Shown: piece after piece, positions 61,583-64,000 of the stretch
Layout: every line of letters begins with the position of its first letter
Position numbering within the stretch: the stretch's first letter is position 1
Assembly (NCBI GenBank): GCA_964552205.1
Contig: CAZKFT010000001.1
Coordinates: 50,705 to 114,704 of the forward strand
Reading direction: 5' to 3'
Origin: an uncultured Gammaproteobacteria bacterium
GTDB lineage: Bacteria; Pseudomonadota; Gammaproteobacteria; Natronospirales; JAIVGZ01
Length of the DNA stretch: 64,000 nucleotides
Program-made: the position numbers and the translations under genes
Notes under the pieces: generated by a model
Told to the model about the DNA's origin: nothing
The model's database searches: none
The model's input: the letters and a program-made list of their open reading frames with translations, nothing else

Positions 61583-63463
61583 TCAGCGCGTCTCGAAAGC
61601 CCTCATCAAGGCCTGGGCGAACTGCGGATGCTGCGCCATGGCCGCGAACGCCTGCGCATTCTGCGACAGAGCGGCGAAGGCCTGTGGGTACTGGGCAAGC
61701 ACCATGAACGCTTGTGGCTGCTGTGACAGCGCCGCGAAGGCCTGCGGATGCTGTGACATCGCTGCAAATGCCTGCGGATGCTGTGACAGCGCTGCGAAGG
61801 CCTGCGGATGCTGTGACAGCGCTGCGAAGGCCTGTGCACTCTGCGACAGCGCAGCGAAGGCCTGCGGGTGCTGCGACATGGCTGCAAACGCCTGCGGATG
61901 CTGGGACAGTGCCGCGAACGCCTGCGGATCCAGTGCCATGGCGGCAAAGGCCTGCGGGTGCTGTGCCATGGCCGCGAAGGCCTGCGGGTGTTGGGCCAGT
62001 GCTGCAAAGGCCTGTGGCTGCTGCGCCAGCGCCGCGAAGGCCTGTGGCTGCATGGCGAATGCCGCAAAGGCCTGCGGGTGCTGCGCCAAGGCCGCGAAGG
62101 CCTGCGGGTGCTGGGCCAGCGCTGCAAAGGCCTGTGGCTGCTGCGCCAGCGCCGCGAATGCCTGAGGCTGCTGCGCCATGGCCGCAAACGCCTGCGGTTG
62201 CAGTGCGAAGGCTGCGAAAGCCTGTGGGTGCTGCGCCAGGGCCGCGAAGGCCTGCGGATGTTGCGACAGTGCTGCAAAGGCCTGTGGCTGCTGCGCCAGA
62301 GCCGCGAACGCCTGCGGCTGCTGTGCCAGGGCCGCGAAGGCCTGCGGGTGCTGCGCCAGCGCCGCGAAGGCTTGCGGGTGCTGCGCCATGACCGCGACTG
62401 CCTGTACCTGTTGCGACAACGCAGCAAAGGCCTGTGCATCCTGGGCCAGTGCGGCGAATGCCTGCGGGTACTGACCTGCAGCGGCGAAGGCCTGCGGATC
62501 TTGGGCCAGTGCTGCAAACGCCTGTGGCTGCTGTGCCATCGCGGCGAAGGCCTGCGGGTACTGCGCCATCGCCTGGAAGGCCTGTGGATATTGCGCTAAA
62601 GCAGCAAACGCCTGCGGATGCTGCGACAGGGCGGCAAAGGCCTGCGGCTGCTGTGCCAAGGCCGAGAAAGCCTGCGGGTGCTGTGCCAGCGCCGCGAAGG
62701 CCTGCGGATGTTGCGCCATGGCCGCGAAGGCCTGCGGGAACTGCGCAAGGACCTCAAAAGCCTGCGGGTGCTGCGACATGGCGGCGAACGCCTGCGGGTG
62801 CTGCGCCATGGCAGCAAACGCCTGCGGGTACTGCGACATAGCCGCAAAAGCCTGTGGCTGCTGTGCCAGTGCAGAGAACGCCTGGGCATCCATCGACATG
62901 GCAGCAAACGCCTGTGGCTGCTGTGCCAAGACCTCGAAGGCCTGCGGGAATTGTGCAAGGACCTCGAACGCCTGCGGGGATTGCGCCATGGCGGCGAATG
63001 CTTGCGGATGCTGTGACATCGCTGCAAATGCCTGCGGCTGCTGCGCCAGAACTTCAAAGGCCTGCGGGAACTGTGCAAGAACCTCGAAGGCCTGCGGGAA
63101 CTGCGCCATGGCGGCGAAGGCCTGCGGGAACTGCGCCATCGCAGCGAGTGCCTGCGGGTGCTGCGCCAATGCCTGGAATCCAGGGTCTTGGGCCATCGCA
63201 CGGAATTCAGGATCGCTGACCATCCGCTCGAACAGGTCGGTCTGCATCAGCTGGGTGATGCCTTGGTCGCCAAGCGCAACATCATCAGCGCTCATTTGGG
63301 GTGCACGGTAACGCTCCGCCGGAGCGATGGTCCCCGCGACGGTCTCTTCCGCCGGCGGATAGTTGGAGCCAAAATAGGCCACTGCACCGAGAGCCACGAT
63401 GGCGCCGCCAGCGATGACCCACATCTTCGGCGTGCTAAACACGCCCCCCTTTACGTCACTCAT
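61583..63463 (-). CDS. single-pass membrane protein consisting mostly of ~53 tandem PQAF decapeptide repeats (no family recognised)
   Basis: The ATG at 63463 has AGGGGGA about 8 nt upstream. The N-terminal part has a TM helix (MWVIAGGAIVALGAVAYFG). Repeats run from residue ~84 to the C-terminus. Unit-to-unit DNA differences fall mainly on third codon positions of this frame (CCG/CCA, TTC/TTT, GCG/GCA/GCC/GCT). A terminator follows. Confidence 0.8.
   Translation of the reverse strand: MSDVKGGVFSTPKMWVIAGGAIVALGAVAYFGSNYPPAEETVAGTIAPAERYRAPQMSADDVALGDQGITQLMQTDLFERMVSDPEFRAMAQDPGFQALAQHPQALAAMAQFPQAFAAMAQFPQAFEVLAQFPQAFEVLAQQPQAFAAMSQHPQAFAAMAQSPQAFEVLAQFPQAFEVLAQQPQAFAAMSMDAQAFSALAQQPQAFAAMSQYPQAFAAMAQHPQAFAAMSQHPQAFEVLAQFPQAFAAMAQHPQAFAALAQHPQAFSALAQQPQAFAALSQHPQAFAALAQYPQAFQAMAQYPQAFAAMAQQPQAFAALAQDPQAFAAAGQYPQAFAALAQDAQAFAALSQQVQAVAVMAQHPQAFAALAQHPQAFAALAQQPQAFAALAQQPQAFAALSQHPQAFAALAQHPQAFAAFALQPQAFAAMAQQPQAFAALAQQPQAFAALAQHPQAFAALAQHPQAFAAFAMQPQAFAALAQQPQAFAALAQHPQAFAAMAQHPQAFAAMALDPQAFAALSQHPQAFAAMSQHPQAFAALSQSAQAFAALSQHPQAFAALSQHPQAFAAMSQHPQAFAALSQQPQAFMVLAQYPQAFAALSQNAQAFAAMAQHPQFAQALMRAFETR
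61605..63215 (-). repeat. tandem 30-bp repeat array (about 53 units, in-frame, coding)
   Basis: The plus-strand consensus is gccgcgaaggcctgcgggtgctgcgccagc, repeated head-to-tail without spacers. The first and last units are degenerate (DPEFRAM, DPGFQAL, HPQFAQAL). Confidence 0.9.
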
Positions 63464-63568
63464 CTTTGTATCCCCCTGAAGTGCCGGGTTGCCCCGGGTT
63501 CGTTACCGTAGTTGTAGAAAGTACACCCAATGCCCGATGAAAGTTGGTGCTACACATAAAAAAAGTCG

Positions 63569-64000
63569 TCAATCAATTGTCGGTACTGGCAAAAAATCCT
63601 CAAAAATCAATTCATTATCCCTGTACAGGCGGTAAGGGACGCGCTCGGCGGCGCCGCTCAAGAGCACCGCAAAGCGTCGTCCACCGCCAAGCTGCATGTC
63701 GAGTTGGTCACCGTTGAGCTCCAGCGTTGGAGCATCTTCTCCTGCGCCCAAAACGCCGACCACCTTCAAACTATCCGACAGCGGGACCACCAACCTGAAG
63801 GGATTTTCGGTTTCCAGATTGATCGCCATTACCAGGAAAGACTCGGTGCGCTGCAACTGCAGTGAGCCGCTTACGCCAGAACTGCCGAAATTCGACTGCC
63901 GCGTGGTGGGGCCGTGCGTTCCTTCAATGCCGGCGGCCATGGTGCCCGCCATACGGTGCCACTCACCAGGCGCATCGGATGGAGGACCCAGTATCACCCC
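63569..64000 (-). CDS. hypothetical protein, C-terminal part only (ORF runs off the window end)
   Basis: The ORF is open to position 64000, has the same orientation as the repeat gene and has high GC3. I recognise no motif. Confidence 0.4.
   Translation of the reverse strand, partial: GVILGPPSDAPGEWHRMAGTMAAGIEGTHGPTTRQSNFGSSGVSGSLQLQRTESFLVMAINLETENPFRLVVPLSDSLKVVGVLGAGEDAPTLELNGDQLDMQLGGGRRFAVLLSGAAERVPYRLYRDNELIFEDFLPVPTID

Noticed and set aside
61605-63215. Possible CRISPR array, given regular ~30-bp repeats
   Set aside because: The units are contiguous with no spacers and there are no cas genes. The array is in-frame within a long ORF, and the substitutions follow a codon third-position pattern. 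It is a coding tandem repeat.
61497-63311. Plus-strand Cys-rich (AAKACGCC)n and Arg/Pro-rich repeat ORFs as genuine genes
   Set aside because: They are broken into several pieces and lack Shine-Dalgarno elements or non-repeat termini. They exist only because the unit has no stop codon in any frame. The minus-strand 61583-63463 frame explains the data better.

Overview
High-GC (about 60-70% by spot counts) proteobacterial chromosome segment with gammaproteobacterial (Pseudomonas/Xanthomonas-like) gene order; the taxon is inferred. No rRNA, tRNA, CRISPR, transposase or integrase was seen. Most of the window is tightly packed core genes. In order: petB (5' cut by the window edge), petC, sspA and sspB. 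Then a DUF3301-like ORF, a GlcD-family FAD oxidase, and diaA-yraN-lpoA on the minus strand. Then rsmI, RNase P RNA (rnpB), and a complete dcw cluster from mraZ to ftsZ followed by lpxC. Then a DUF721/DciA-like gene, an M23 peptidase, secA and a Nudix-ThiE-like fusion. Then a co-linear minus-strand block zapD-coaE-pilD-pilC-pilB-pilA-pilR-pilS, followed by sucCD, nadE, bamD, rluD, pgeF, a ZIP transporter and clpB. The accessory-looking part lies after clpB. (i) At 49.96-53.09 kb a lower-GC three-gene islet encodes a small signal-peptide/TM protein, a SAM methyltransferase and a membrane alkaline-phosphatase-superfamily protein. (ii) At 55.5-63.5 kb there is an envelope cluster: a convergent gluzincin-motif lipoprotein, then a minus-strand string of a repeat protein, a 982-aa HEXXH/beta-propeller/beta-barrel protein, PrsW and MscS. 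The standout feature is the 626-aa single-pass membrane protein at 61583-63463. About 85% of it is roughly 53 tandem decapeptides (consensus A-L-A-Q-H-P-Q-A-F-A, near-invariant PQAF core), encoded by a 1.6 kb array of 30-bp units. I know of no named family for this protein, and I propose the repeat protein plus the adjacent proteases as the candidate undescribed system. All product calls rest on motif and synteny recognition by eye; no database search was possible.
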